From positions 272,676,001-272,740,000 of the forward strand of contig OZ024741.1 of NCBI GenBank assembly GCA_964016885.1: DNA of 64,000 bases, written 5' to 3'. The position numbers were made by a program, and so were the translations under genes. Below, one piece after another: positions 40,801-58,800 of the stretch. The stretch's first letter is position 1; each line of letters starts with the position of its first letter. Under the pieces are notes generated by a model. That model was given only the letters and a program-made list of their open reading frames with translations. It did no database searches and was not told the origin of the DNA. Source of the stretch: Eledone cirrhosa (lineage: Eukaryota).

Positions 40801-43800
40801 CAAATACCATTATAACAAATACCATTATAATGAATACCATTATAATGAATACCATTATAACAAATACCATTATAACAAATACCATTATAATGAATACCAT
40901 TATAATGAATACCATTATAACAAATACCATTATAACAAATACCATTATAACAAATACCATTATAACAAATACCATTATAACAATTACCATTATAATGAAT
41001 ACCATTATAACAAATACCATTATAATGAATAACATTATAACAAATACCATTATAACAAATACCATTATAACAAATACCATTATAACAAATACCATTATAA
41101 CGAATACCATTATAACAAATACCATAATAACAAATACCATTATAACAAATACCATTATAACAAATACCATTATAACAAATACCATTATAATGAATACCAT
41201 TATAACAAATACCATTATAACAAATACCATCATAACAAATACCATTATAACAAATACCATTATAATGAATACCATTATAACAAATACCATTATAATGAAT
41301 ACCATTATAATGAATACCATTATAACAAATACCATTATAACAAATACCATTATAATGAATACCATTATAACAAATACCATTTTAACAAATACCATTATAA
41401 TGAATACCATTATAACAAATACCATTATAACAAATACCATTATAATGAATACCATTATAACAAATACCATTATAACAAATACCATTATAACAAATACCAT
41501 TATAACAAATACCAGTATAATGAATACCATTATAACAAATACCATTATAATGGATACCATTATAACAAATACCATTATAACAAATACCATTATAATGAAT
41601 ACCATTATAACAAATACCATTATAATGAATACCATTATAATGAATACCATTATAACAAATACCATTATAACAAATACCATTATAACAAATACCATTATAA
41701 TGCATACCATTATAATGAATACCATTATAACAAATACCATTATAATGAATACCATTATAACAAATACCATTATAACAAATACCATAATAATGAATACCAT
41801 TATAATGAATACCATTATAATGAATACCATTATAACAAATACCATTATAACAAATACCATTATAACGAATACGATTATAACAAATACCATTATAACAAAT
41901 ACCATAATAACAAATACCATTATAACAAATACCATTATAACAAATACCATTATAACAAATACCATTATAATGAATACCATTATAACAAATACCATTATAA
42001 CAAATACCATTATAACAAATACCATTATAACAAATACCATTATAATGAATACCATTATAACAAATACCATTATAATGAATACCATTATAATGAATACCAT
42101 TATAACAAATACCATTATAACAAATACCATTATAATGAATACCATTATAACAAATACCATTTTAACAAATACCATTATAATGAATACCATTATAACAAAT
42201 ACCATTATAACAAATACCATTATAATGAATACCATTATAACAAATACCATTATAACAAATACCATTATAATGAATACCATTATAACAAATACCATTATAA
42301 CAAATACCATTATAATGAATGCCATTGTAACAAATACCATTATAACAAATACCATTATAACAAATACCATTATAACAAATACCATTATAACAAATACCAT
42401 TATAATGAATATCATTATAATGAATACCATTATAACAAATACCATTATAACAAATAACATTATAATGAATACCATTATAATGAATACCATTATAACAAAT
42501 ACCATTATAACAAATACCATTATAACAAATACCATTATAACAAATACCATTATAACAATTACCATTATAATGAATACCATTATAACAAATACCATTATAA
42601 TGAATAACATTATAACAAATACCATTATAACAAATACCATTATAACAAATACCATTATAACAAATACCATTATAACGAATACCATTATAACAAATACCAT
42701 AATAACAAATACCATTATAACAAATACCATTATCACAAATACCATTATAACAAATACCATTATAATGAATACCATTATAACAAATACCATTATAACAAAT
42801 ACCATCATAACAAATACCATTATAACAAATACCATTATAATGAATACCATTATAACAAATACCATTATAATGAATACCATTATAATGAATACCATTATAA
42901 CAAATACCATTATAACAAATACCATTATAATGAATACCATTATAACAAATACCATTTTAACAAATACCATTATAATGAATACCATTATAACAAATACCAT
43001 TATAACAAATACCATTATAATGAATACCATTATAACAAATACCATTATAACAAATACCATTATAACAAATACCATTATAACAAATACCAGTATAATGAAT
43101 ACCATTATAACAAATACCATTATAATGGATACCATTATAACAATTACCATTATAACAAATACCATTATAATGAATACCATTATAACAAATACCATTATAG
43201 TGAATACCATTATAATGAATACCATTATAACAAATACCATTATAACAAATACCATTATAACAAATACCATTATAATGCATACCATTATAATGAATACCAT
43301 TATAACAAATACCATTATAATGAATACCATTATAACAAATACCATTATAACAAATACCATAATAATGAATACCATTATAATGAATACCATTATAATGAAT
43401 ACCATTATAACAAATACCATTATAACAAATACCATTATAACGAATACGATTATAACAAATACCATTATAACAAATACCATTATAACAAATACCATTATAA
43501 CAAATACCATTATAACAAATACCATTATAATGAATACCATTATAATGAATACCATTATAACAAATACCATTATAACAAATACCATTATAATGAATACCAT
43601 TATAATGAATACCATTATAACAAATACCATTATAACAAATACCATTATAACAAATACCATTATAACAAATACCATTATAACAATTACCATTATAATGAAT
43701 ACCATTATAACAAATACCATTATAATGAATAACATTATAACAAATACCATTATAACAAATACCATTATAACAAATACCATTATAACAAATACCATTATAA

Positions 43801-46800
43801 CGTATACCATTATAACAAATACCATAATAACAAATACCATTATAACAAATACCATTATAACAAATACCATTATAACAAATACCATTATAATGAATACCAT
43901 TATAACAAATACCATTATAACAAATACCATTATAACAAATACCATTATAACAAATACCATTATAATGAATACCATTATAACAAATAGCATTATAATGAAT
44001 ACCATTATAATGAATACCATTATAACAAATACCATTATAACAAATACCATTATAACAAATACCATTATAATGCATACCATTATAATGAATACCATTATAA
44101 CAAATACCATTATAATGAATACCATTATAACAAATACCATTATAACAAATACCATAATAATGAATACCATTATAATGAATACCATTATAATGAATACCAT
44201 TATAACAAATACCATTATAACAAATACCATTATAACGAATACGATTATAACAAATACCATTATAACAAATACCATAATAACAAATACCATTATAACAAAT
44301 ACCATTATAACAAATACCATTATAACAAATACCATTATAATGAATACCATTATAACAAATACCATTATAACAAATACCATTATAACAAATACCATTATAA
44401 CAAATACCATTATAATGAATACCATTATAACAAATACTATTATAATGAATACCATTATAATGAATACCATTATAACAAATACCATTATAACAAATACCAT
44501 TATAATGAATACCATTATAACAAATACCATTTTAACAAATACCATTATAATGAATACCATTATAACAAATACCATTATAACAAATACCATTATAATGAAT
44601 ACCATTATAACAAATACCATTATAACAAATACCATTATAATGAATACCATTATAACAAATACCATTATAACAAATACCATTATAATGAATGCCATTGTAA
44701 CAAATACCATTATAACAAATACCATTATAACAAATACCATTATAACAAATACCATTATAACAAATACCATTATAATGAATATCATTATAATGAATACCAT
44801 TATAACAAATACCATTATAACAAATAACATTATAATGAATACCATTATAATGAATACCATTATAACAAATACCATTATAACAAATACCATTATAACAAAT
44901 ACCATTATAACAAATACCATTATAACAATTACCATTATAATGAATACCATTATAACAAATACCATTATAATGAATAACATTATAACAAATACCATTATAA
45001 CAAATACCATTATAACAAATACCATTATAACAAATACCATTATAACGAATACCATTATAACAAATACCATAATAACAAATACCATTATAACAAATACCAT
45101 TATCACAAATACCATTATAACAAATACCATTATAATGAATACCATTATAACAAATACCATTATAACAAATACCATCATAACAAATACCATTATAACAAAT
45201 ACCATTATAATGAATACCATTATAACAAATACCATTATAATGAATACCATTATAATGAATACCATTATAACAAATACCATTATAACAAATACCATTATAA
45301 TGAATACCATTATAACAAATACCATTTTAACAAATACCATTTTAATGAATACCATTATAACAAATACCATTATAACAAATACCATTATAATGAATACCAT
45401 TATAACAAATACCATTATAACAAATACCATTATAACAAATACCATTATAACAAATACCAGTATAATGAATACCATTATAACAAATACCATTATAATGGAT
45501 ACCATTATAACAATTACCATTATAACAAATACCATTATAATGAATACCATTATAACAAATACCATTATAGTGAATACCATTATAATGAATACCATTATAA
45601 CAAATACCATTATAACAAATACCATTATAACAAATACCATTATAATGCATACCATTATAATGAATACCATTATAACAAATACCATTATAATGAATACCAT
45701 TATAACAAATACCATTATAACAAATACCATAATAATGAATACCATTATAATGAATACCATTATAATGAATACCATTATAACAAATACCATTATAACAAAT
45801 ACCATTATAACGAATACGATTATAACAAATACCATTATAACAAATACCATTATAACAAATACCATTATAACAAATACCATTATAACAAATACCATTATAA
45901 TGAATACCATTATAATGAATACCATTATAACAAATACCATTATAACAAATACCATTATAATGAATACCATTATAATGAATACCATTATAACAAATACCAT
46001 TATAACAAATACCATTATAACAAATACCATTATAACAAATACCATTATAACAATTACCATTATAATGAATACCATTATAACAAATACCATTATAATGAAT
46101 AACATTATAACAAATACCATTATAACAAATACCATTATAACAAATACCATTATAACAAATACCATTATAACGTATACCATTATAACAAATACCATAATAA
46201 CAAATACCATTATAACAAATACCATTATAACAAATACCATTATAACAAATACCATTATAATGAATACCATTATAACAAATACCATTATAACAAATACCAT
46301 TATAACAAATACCATTATAACAAATACCATTATAATGAATACCATTATAACAAATAGCATTATAATGAATACCATTATAATGAATACCATTATAACAAAT
46401 ACCATTATAACAAATACCATTATAATGAATACCATTATAACAAATACCATTTTAACAAATACCATTATAATGAATACCATTATAACAAATACCATTATAA
46501 CAAATACCATTATAATGAATACCATTATAACAAATACCATTATAACAAATACCATTATAATGAATGCCATTGTAACAAATACCATTATAACAAATACCAT
46601 TATAACAAATACCATTATAACAAATACCATTATAACAAATACCATTATCACAAATACCATTATAACAAATACCATTATAACAAATACCATTATAACAAAT
46701 ACCATTATAACAAATACCATTATAACAAATACCATTATAATGAATATAATTATAACAAATACCATTATAACAAACGCCATTATAACAAATACCATTATAA

Positions 46801-49800
46801 TGAATACCATTATAATGAATACCATTATAACAAATACCATTATAACAAATACCATTATAACAAATACCATTATAACAAATACCATTATAACAAATACCAT
46901 TATAATGAATACCATTATAACAAATACCATTATAACAAATACCATTATAACAAATACCATTATAACAAATACCATTATAATGAATACCATTATAATGAAT
47001 ACCATTATAACAAATACCATTATAACAAATACCATTATAACAAATACCATTATAACAATTACCATTATAATGAATACCATTATAACAAATACCATTATAA
47101 TGAATAACATTATAACAAATACCATTATAACAAATACCATTATAACAAATACCATTATAACAAATACCATTATAACGAATACCATTATAACCAATACCAT
47201 AATAACAAATACCATTATAACAAATACCATTATAACAAATACCATTATAACAAATACCATTATAATGAATACCATTATAACAAATACCATTATAACAAAT
47301 ACCATCATAACAAATACCATTATAACAAATACCATTATAATGAATACCATTATAACAAATACCATTATAATGAATACCATTATAATGAATACCATTATAA
47401 CAAATACCATTATAACAAATACCATTATAATGAATACCATTATAACAAATACCATTTTAACAAATACCATTATAATGAATACCATTATAACAAATACCAT
47501 TATAACAAATACCATTATAATGAATACCATTATAACAAATACCATTATAACAAATACCATTATAACAAATACCATTACAACAAATACCAGTATAATGAAT
47601 ACCATTATAACAAATACCATTATAATGGATACCATTATAACAAATACCATTATAACAAATACCATTATAATGAATACCATTATAACAAATACCATTATAA
47701 TGAATACCATTATAATGAATACCATTATAACAAATACCATTATAACAAATACCATTATAACAAATACCATTATAATGCATACCATTATAATGAATACCAT
47801 TATAACAAATACCATTATAATGAATACCATTATAACAAATACCATTATAACAAATACCATAATAATGAATACCATTATAATGAATACCATTATAATGAAT
47901 ACCATTATAACAAATACCATTATAACAAATACCATTATAACGAATACGATTATAACAAATACCATTATAACAAATACCATAATAACAAATACCATTATAA
48001 CAAATACCATTATAACAAATACCATTATAACAAATACCATTATAATGAATACCATTATAACAAATACCATTATAACAAATACCATTATAACAAATACCAT
48101 TATAACAAATACCATTATAATGAATACCATTATAACAAATACCATTATAATGAATACCATTATAATGAATACCATTATAACAAATACCATTATAACAAAT
48201 ACCATTATAATGAATACCATTATAACAAATACCATTTTAACAAATACCATTATAATGAATACCATTATAACAAATACCATTATAACAAATACCATTATAA
48301 TGAATACCATTATAACAAATACCATTATAACAAATACCATTATAATGAATACCATTATAACAAATACCATTATAACAAATACCATTATAATGAATGCCAT
48401 TGTAACAAATACCATTATAACAAATACCATTATAACAAATACCATTATAACAAATACCATTATAACAAATACCATTATAATGAATATCATTATAATGAAT
48501 ACCATTATAACAAATACCATTATAACAAATAACATTATAATGAATACCATTATAATGAATACCATTATAACAAATACCATTATAACAAATACCATTATAA
48601 CAAATACCATTATAACAAATACCATTATAACAATTACCATTATAATGAATACCATTATAACAAATACCATTATAATGAATAACATTATAACAAATACCAT
48701 TATAACAAATACCATTATAACAAATACCATTATAACAAATACCATTATAACGAATACCATTATAACAAATACCATAATAACAAATACCATTATAACAAAT
48801 ACCATTATCACAAATACCATTATAACAAATACCATTATAATGAATACCATTATAACAAATACCATTATAACAAATACCATCATAACAAATACCATTATAA
48901 CAAATACCATTATAATGAATACCATTATAACAAATACCATTATAATGAATACCATTATAATGAATACCATTATAACAAATACCATTATAACAAATACCAT
49001 TATAATGAATACCATTATAACAAATACCATTTTAACAAATACCATTATAATGAATACCATTATAACAAATACCATTATAACAAATACCATTATAATGAAT
49101 ACCATTATAACAAATACCATTATAACAAATACCATTATAACAAATACCATTATAACAAATACCAGTATAATGAATACCATTATAACAAATACCATTATAA
49201 TGGATACCATTATAACAATTACCATTATAACAAATACCATTATAATGAATACCATTATAACAAATACCATTATAGTGAATACCATTATAATGAATACCAT
49301 TATAACAAATACCATTATAACAAATACCATTATAACAAATACCATTATAATGCATACCATTATAATGAATACCATTATAACAAATACCATTATAATGAAT
49401 ACCATTATAACAAATACCATTATAACAAATACCATAATAATGAATACCATTATAATGAATACCATTATAATGAATACCATTATAACAAATACCATTATAA
49501 CAAATACCATTATAACGAATACGATTATAACAAATACCATTATAACAAATACCATTATAACAAATACCATTATAACAAATACCATTATAACAAATACCAT
49601 TATAATGAATACCATTATAATGAATACCATTATAACAAATACCATTATAACAAATACCATTATAATGAATACCATTATAATGAATACCATTATAACAAAT
49701 ACCATTATAACAAATACCATTATAACAAATACCATTATAACAAATACCATTATAACAATTACCATTATAATGAATACCATTATAACAAATACCATTATAA

Positions 49801-52800
49801 TGAATAACATTATAACAAATACCATTATAACAAATACCATTATAACAAATACCATTATAACAAATACCATTATAACGTATACCATTATAACAAATACCAT
49901 AATAACAAATACCATTATAACAAATACCATTATAACAAATACCATTATAACAAATACCATTATAATGAATACCATTATAACAAATACCATTATAACAAAT
50001 ACCATTATAACAAATACCATTATAACAAATACCATTATAATGAATACCATTATAACAAATAGCATTATAATGAATACCATTATAATGAATACCATTATAA
50101 CAAATACCATTATAACAAATACCATTATAATGAATACCATTATAACAAATACCATTTTAACAAATACCATTATAATGAATACCATTATAACAAATACCAT
50201 TATAACAAATACCATTATAATGAATACCATTATAACAAATACCATTATAACAAATACCATTATAATGAATGCCATTGTAACAAATACCATTATAACAAAT
50301 ACCATTATAACAAATACCATTATAACAAATACCATTATAACAAATACCATTATCACAAATACCATTATAACAAATACCATTATAACAAATACCATTATAA
50401 CAAATACCATTATAACAAATACCATTATAACAAATACCATTATAATGAATATAATTATAACAAATACCATTATAACAAACGCCATTATAACAAATACCAT
50501 TATAATGAATACCATTATAATGAATACCATTATAACAAATACCATTATAACAAATACCATTATAACAAATACCATTATAACAAATACCATTATAACAAAT
50601 ACCATTATAATGAATACCATTATAACAAATACCATTATAACAAATACCATTATAACAAATACCATTATAACAAATACCATTATAATGAATACCATTATAA
50701 TGAATACCATTATAACAAATACCATTATAACAAATACCATTATAACAAATACCATTATAACAAATACCATTATAACAAATACCATTATAATGAATACCAT
50801 TATAACAAATACCATTATAATGAATACCATTATAACAAATACCATTATAACAAATACCATTATAATAAATACCATTATAACAAATACCATTATAATGAAT
50901 ACCATTATAACAAATACCATTATAACAAATACCATTATAACAAATACCATTATAATGAATACCAGTATAACAAATACCATTATAACAAATACCATTATAA
51001 CAAATACCATTATAACAAATACCATTATAATGAATACCATTATAACAAATACCATTATAATGAATACCATTATAACAAATACCATTATAACAAATACCAT
51101 TATAACAAATACCATTATAATGAATACCATTATAACAAATACCATTATAACAAATACCATTATAACAAATACCATTATAATGAATACCATTATAACAAAT
51201 ACCATTATAACAAATACCATTATAACTAATACGATTATAATGAATTCCATTATAACAAATACCATTATAATGAATACGATTATAACAAATACCATTATAA
51301 CAAATACCATTATAACAAATACCATTATAACAAATACCATTATAATGAATACCATTATAACAAATACCATTATAATGAATACCATTATAACAAATACCAT
51401 TATAACAAATACCATTATAACAAATACCATTATAACAAATACCATTATAATGAATACCATTATAACAAATACCATTATAACAAATACCATTATAACAAAT
51501 ACCATTATAATGAATACCATTATAACAAATACTATTATAATGAATACCATTATAACAAATACCATTATAACAAATACCATTATAACAAATACCATTATAA
51601 CAAATACCATTATATTGAATACCATTATAACAAATACCATTATAACAAATACCATTATAACAAATACCATTATAATGTATACCATTATAACAAATACCAT
51701 TATAACAAATACCATTATAACAAATACCATTATAATGAATACCATTATAACAAATACCATTATAACAAATACCATTATAACAAATACCATTATAACAAAT
51801 ACCATTATAATGAATACCATTATAATGAATACCATTATAACAAATACCATTATAACAAATACCATTATAACAAATACCATTATAATGAATACCATTATAA
51901 TGAATACCATTATAACAAATACCATTATAACAAATACCATTATAACAAATACCATTATGATGAATACCATTACAATGAATACCATTATAATGAATACCAT
52001 TATAACAAATACCATTATAACAAATACCATTCTAACAAATACCATTATAATGAATACCATTATAATGAATACCATTATAACAAATACCATTATAACAAAT
52101 ACCATTATAACAAATACCATTATAATGAATACCATTATAACAAATACCATTATAACAAATACCATTATAACAAATACCATTATAATGAATACCATTATAA
52201 TGAATACCATTATAACAAATACCATTATAACAAATACCATTATAATGAATACCATTATAATGAATACCATTATAACAAATACCATTATAACAAATACCAT
52301 TATAACAAATACCATTATAACAAATACCATTATAATGAATACCATTATAATGAATACCATTATAATGAATACCATTATAATGAATACCATTATAACAAAT
52401 ACCATTATAACAAATACCATTATAACAAATACCATTATAGCAAATACCATTATAACAAATATCATTATGACAAATACCATTATAATGAATACCATTATAA
52501 CAAATACCATTATAATGAATACCATTATAACAAATACCATTATAACAAATACCATTATAACAAATACCATTATAACAAATACCATTATAACAAATACCAT
52601 TATAACGAATACCATTATAACAAATACCATTCTAACAAATACCATTATAACAAATACCATTATAACAAATACCATTATAACAAATACCATTATAATGAAT
52701 ACCATTATAACAAATACCATTATAACAAATACCATTATAACAAATACTATTATAACAAATACCATTATAACAAATACCATTATAACAAATACCATTATAA

Positions 52801-55800
52801 TGAATACCATTATAACAAATACCATTATAATGAATACCATTATAACAAATACCATTATAACAAATACCATTATAACAAATACCATTATAATGAATACCAT
52901 TATAACAAATACCATTATAACAAATACCATTATAACAAATACCATTATAATGAATACCATTATAACAAATACCATTATAACAAATACCATTATAACTAAT
53001 ACCATTATAATGAATTCCATTATAACAAATACCATTATAATGAATACGATTATAACAAATACCATTATAACAAATACCATTATAACAAATACCATTATAA
53101 CAAATACCATTATAATGAATACCATTATAACAAATACCATTATAATGAATACCATTATAACAAATACCATTATAACAAATACCATTATAACAAATACCAT
53201 TACAACAAATACCATTATAATGAATACCATTATAACAAATACCATTATAACAAATACCATTATAACAAATACCATTATAATGAATACCATTATAACAAAT
53301 ACTATTATAATGAATACCATTATAACAAATACCATTATAACAAATACCATTATAACAAATACCATTATAACAAATACCATTATAACAAATACCATTATAA
53401 TGTATACCATTATAACAAATACCATTATAACAAATACCATTATAACAAATACCATTATAATGAATACCATTATAACAAATACCATTATAACAAATACCAT
53501 TATAACAAATACCATTATAACAAATACCATTATAATGAATACCATTATAATGAATACCATTATAACAAATACCATTATAACAAATACCATTATAACAAAT
53601 ACCATTATAATGAATACCATTATAATGAATACCATTATAGCAAATACCATTATAACAAATACCATTATAACAAATACCATTATGATGAATACCATTACAA
53701 TGAATACCATTATAATGAATACCATTATAACAAATACCATTATAACAAATACCATTATAACAAATACCATTATAATGAATACCATTATAATGAATACCAT
53801 TATAACAAATACCATTATAACAAATACCATTATAACAAATACCATTATAATGAATACCATTATAACAAATACCATTATAACAAATACCATTATAACAAAT
53901 ACCATTATAATGAATACCATTATAATGAATACCATTATAACAAATACCATTATAACAAATACCATTATAATGAATACCATTATAATGAATACCATTATAA
54001 CAAATACCATTATAACAAATACCATTATAACAAATACCATTATAACAAATACCATTATAATGAATACCATTATAATGAATACCATTATAATGAATACCAT
54101 TATAATGAATACCATTATAACAAATACCATTATAACAAATACCATTATAACAAATACCATTATAACAAATACCATTATAACAAATATCATTATGACAAAT
54201 ACCATTATAATGAATACCATTATAACAAATACCATTATAATGAATACCATTATAACAAATACCATTATAACAAATACCATTATAACAAATACCATTATAA
54301 CAAATACCATCATAACAAATACCATTATAACAAATACCATTATAATGAATACCATTATAACAAATACCATTATAATGAATACCATTATAATGAATACCAT
54401 TATAACAAATACCATTATAACAAATACCATTATAATGAATACCATTATAACAAATACCATTTTAACAAATACCATTATAATGAATACCATTATAACAAAT
54501 ACCATTATAACAAATACCATTATAATGAATACCATTATAACAAATACCATTATAACAAATACCATTATAACAAATACCATTATAACAAATACCAGTATAA
54601 TGAATACCATTATAACAAATACCATTATAATGGATACCATTATAACAATTACCATTATAACAAATACCATTATAATGAATACCATTATAACAAATACCAT
54701 TATAGTGAATACCATTATAATGAATACCATTATAACAAATACCATTATAACAAATACCATTATAACAAATACCATTATAATGCATACCATTATAATGAAT
54801 ACCATTATAACAAATACCATTATAATGAATACCATTATAACAAATACCATTATAACAAATACCATAATAATGAATACCATTATAATGAATACCATTATAA
54901 TGAATACCATTATAACAAATACCATTATAACAAATACCATTATAACGAATACGATTATAACAAATACCATTATAACAAATACCATTATAACAAATACCAT
55001 TATAACAAATACCATTATAACAAATACCATTATAATGAATACCATTATAATGAATACCATTATAACAAATACCATTATAACAAATACCATTATAATGAAT
55101 ACCATTATAATGAATACCATTATAACAAATACCATTATAACAAATACCATTATAACAAATACCATTATAACAAATACCATTATAACAATTACCATTATAA
55201 TGAATACCATTATAACAAATACCATTATAATGAATAACATTATAACAAATACCATTATAACAAATACCATTATAACAAATACCATTATAACAAATACCAT
55301 TATAACGTATACCATTATAACAAATACCATAATAACAAATACCATTATAACAAATACCATTATAACAAATACCATTATAACAAATACCATTATAATGAAT
55401 ACCATTATAACAAATACCATTATAACAAATACCATTATAACAAATACCATTATAACAAATACCATTATAATGAATACCATTATAACAAATAGCATTATAA
55501 TGAATACCATTATAATGAATACCATTATAACAAATACCATTATAACAAATACCATTATAATGAATACCATTATAACAAATACCATTTTAACAAATACCAT
55601 TATAATGAATACCATTATAACAAATACCATTATAACAAATACCATTATAATGAATACCATTATAACAAATACCATTATAACAAATACCATTATAATGAAT
55701 GCCATTGTAACAAATACCATTATAACAAATACCATTATAACAAATACCATTATAACAAATACCATTATAACAAATACCATTATCACAAATACCATTATAA

Positions 55801-58800
55801 CAAATACCATTATAACAAATACCATTATAACAAATACCATTATAACAAATACCATTATAACAAATACCATTATAATGAATATAATTATAACAAATACCAT
55901 TATAACAAATACCATTATAACAAATACCATTATAATGAATACCATTATAATGAATACCATTATAACAAATACCATTATAACAAATACCATTATAACAAAT
56001 ACCATTATAACAAATACCATTATAACAAATACCATTATAATGAATACCATTATAACAAATACCATTATAACAAATACCATTATAACAAATACCATTATAA
56101 CAAATACCATTATAATGAATACCATTATAATGAATACCATTATAACAAATACCATTATAACAAATACCATTATAACAAATACCATTATAACAAATACCAT
56201 TATAACAAATACCATTATAATGAATACCATTATAACAAATACCATTATAATGAATACCATTATAACAAATACCATTATAACAAATACCATTATAATAAAT
56301 ACCATTATAACAAATACCATTATAATGAATACCATTATAACAAATACCATTATAACAAATACCATTATAACAAATACCATTATAATGAATACTAGTATAA
56401 CAAATACCATTATAACAAATACCATTATAACAAATACCATTATAACAAATACCATTATAATGAATACCATTATAACAAATACCATTATAATGAATACCAT
56501 TATAACAAATACCATTATAACAAATACCATTATAACAAATACCATTATAATGAATACCATTATAACAAATACCATTATAACAAATACCATTATAATGAAT
56601 ACCATTATAATGAATACCATTATAACAAATACCATTATAACAAATACCATTATAACAAATACCATTATGATGAATACCATTACAATGAATACCATTATAA
56701 TGAATACCATTATAACAAATACCATTATAATGAATACCATTATAACAAATACCATTTTAACAAATACCATTATAATGAATACCATTATAACAAATACCAT
56801 TATAACAAATACCATTATAATGAATACCATTATAACAAATACCATTATAACAAATACCATTATAATGAATACCATTATAATGAATACCATTATAACAAAT
56901 ACCATTATAATGAATACCATTATAACAAATAGCATTATAATGAATACCATTATAATGAATACCATTATAACAAATACCATTATAACAAATACCATTATAA
57001 TGAATACCATTATAACAAATACCATTTTAACAAATACCATTATAATGAATACCATTATAACAAATACCATTATAACAAATACCATTATAATGAATACCAT
57101 TATAACAAATACCATTATAACAAATACCATTATAATGAATGCCATTGTAACAAATACCATTATAACAAATACCATTATAACAAATACCATTATAACAAAT
57201 ACCATTATAACAAATACCATTATCACAAATACCATTATAACAAATACCATTATAACAAATACCATTATAACAAATACCATTATAACAAATACCATTATAA
57301 CAAATACCATTATAATGAATATAATTATAACAAATACCATTATAACAAATACCATTATAACAAATACCATTATAATGAATACCATTATAATGAATACCAT
57401 TATAACAAATACCATTATAACAAATACCATTATAACAAATACCATTATAACAAATACCATTATAATGAATACCATTATAACAAATACCATTATAACAAAT
57501 ACCATTATAACAAATACCATTATAACAAATACCATTATAATGAATACCATTATAATGAATACCATTATAACAAATACCATTATAACAAATACCATTATAA
57601 CAAATACCATTATAACAAATACCATTATAACAAATACCATTATAATGAATACCATTATAACAAATACCATTATAATGAATACCATTATAACAAATACCAT
57701 TATAACAAATACCATTATAATAAATACCATTATAACAAATACCATTATAATGAATACCATTATAACAAATACCATTATAACAAATACCATTATAACAAAT
57801 ACCATTATAATGAATACTAGTATAACAAATACCATTATAACAAATACCATTATAACAAATACCATTATAACAAATACCATTATAATGAATACCATTATAA
57901 CAAATACCATTATAATGAATACCATTATAACAAATACCATTATAACAAATACCATTATAACAAATACCATTATAATGAATACCATTATAACAAATACCAT
58001 TATAACAAATACCATTATAACAAATACCATTATAATGAATACCATTATAACAAATACCATTATAACAAATACCATTATAACTAATACCATTATAATGAAT
58101 TCCATTATAACAAATACCATTATAATGAATACGATTATAACAAATACCATTATAACAAATACCATTATAACAAATACCATTATAACAAATACCATTATAA
58201 TGAATACCATTATAACAAATACCATTATAATGAATACCATTATAACAAATACCATTATAACAAATACCATTATAACAAATACCATTATAACAAATACCAT
58301 TATAATGAATACCATTATAACAAATACCATTATAACAAATACCATTATAACAAATACCATTATAATGAATACCATTATAACAAATACTATTATAATGAAT
58401 ACCATTATAACAAATACCATTATAACAAATACCATTATAACAAATACCATTATAACAAATACCATTATATTGAATACCATTATAACAAATACCATTATAA
58501 CAAATACCATTATAACAAATACCATTATAATGTATACCATTATAACAAATACCATTATAACAAATACCATTATAACAAATACCATTATAATGAATACCAT
58601 TATAACAAATACCATTATAACAAATACCATTATAACAAATACCATTATAACAAATACCATTATAATGAATACCATTATAATGAATACCATTATAACAAAT
58701 ACCATTATAACAAATACCATTATAACAAATACCATTATAATGAATACCATTATAATGAATACCATTATAACAAATACCATTATAACAAATACCATTATAA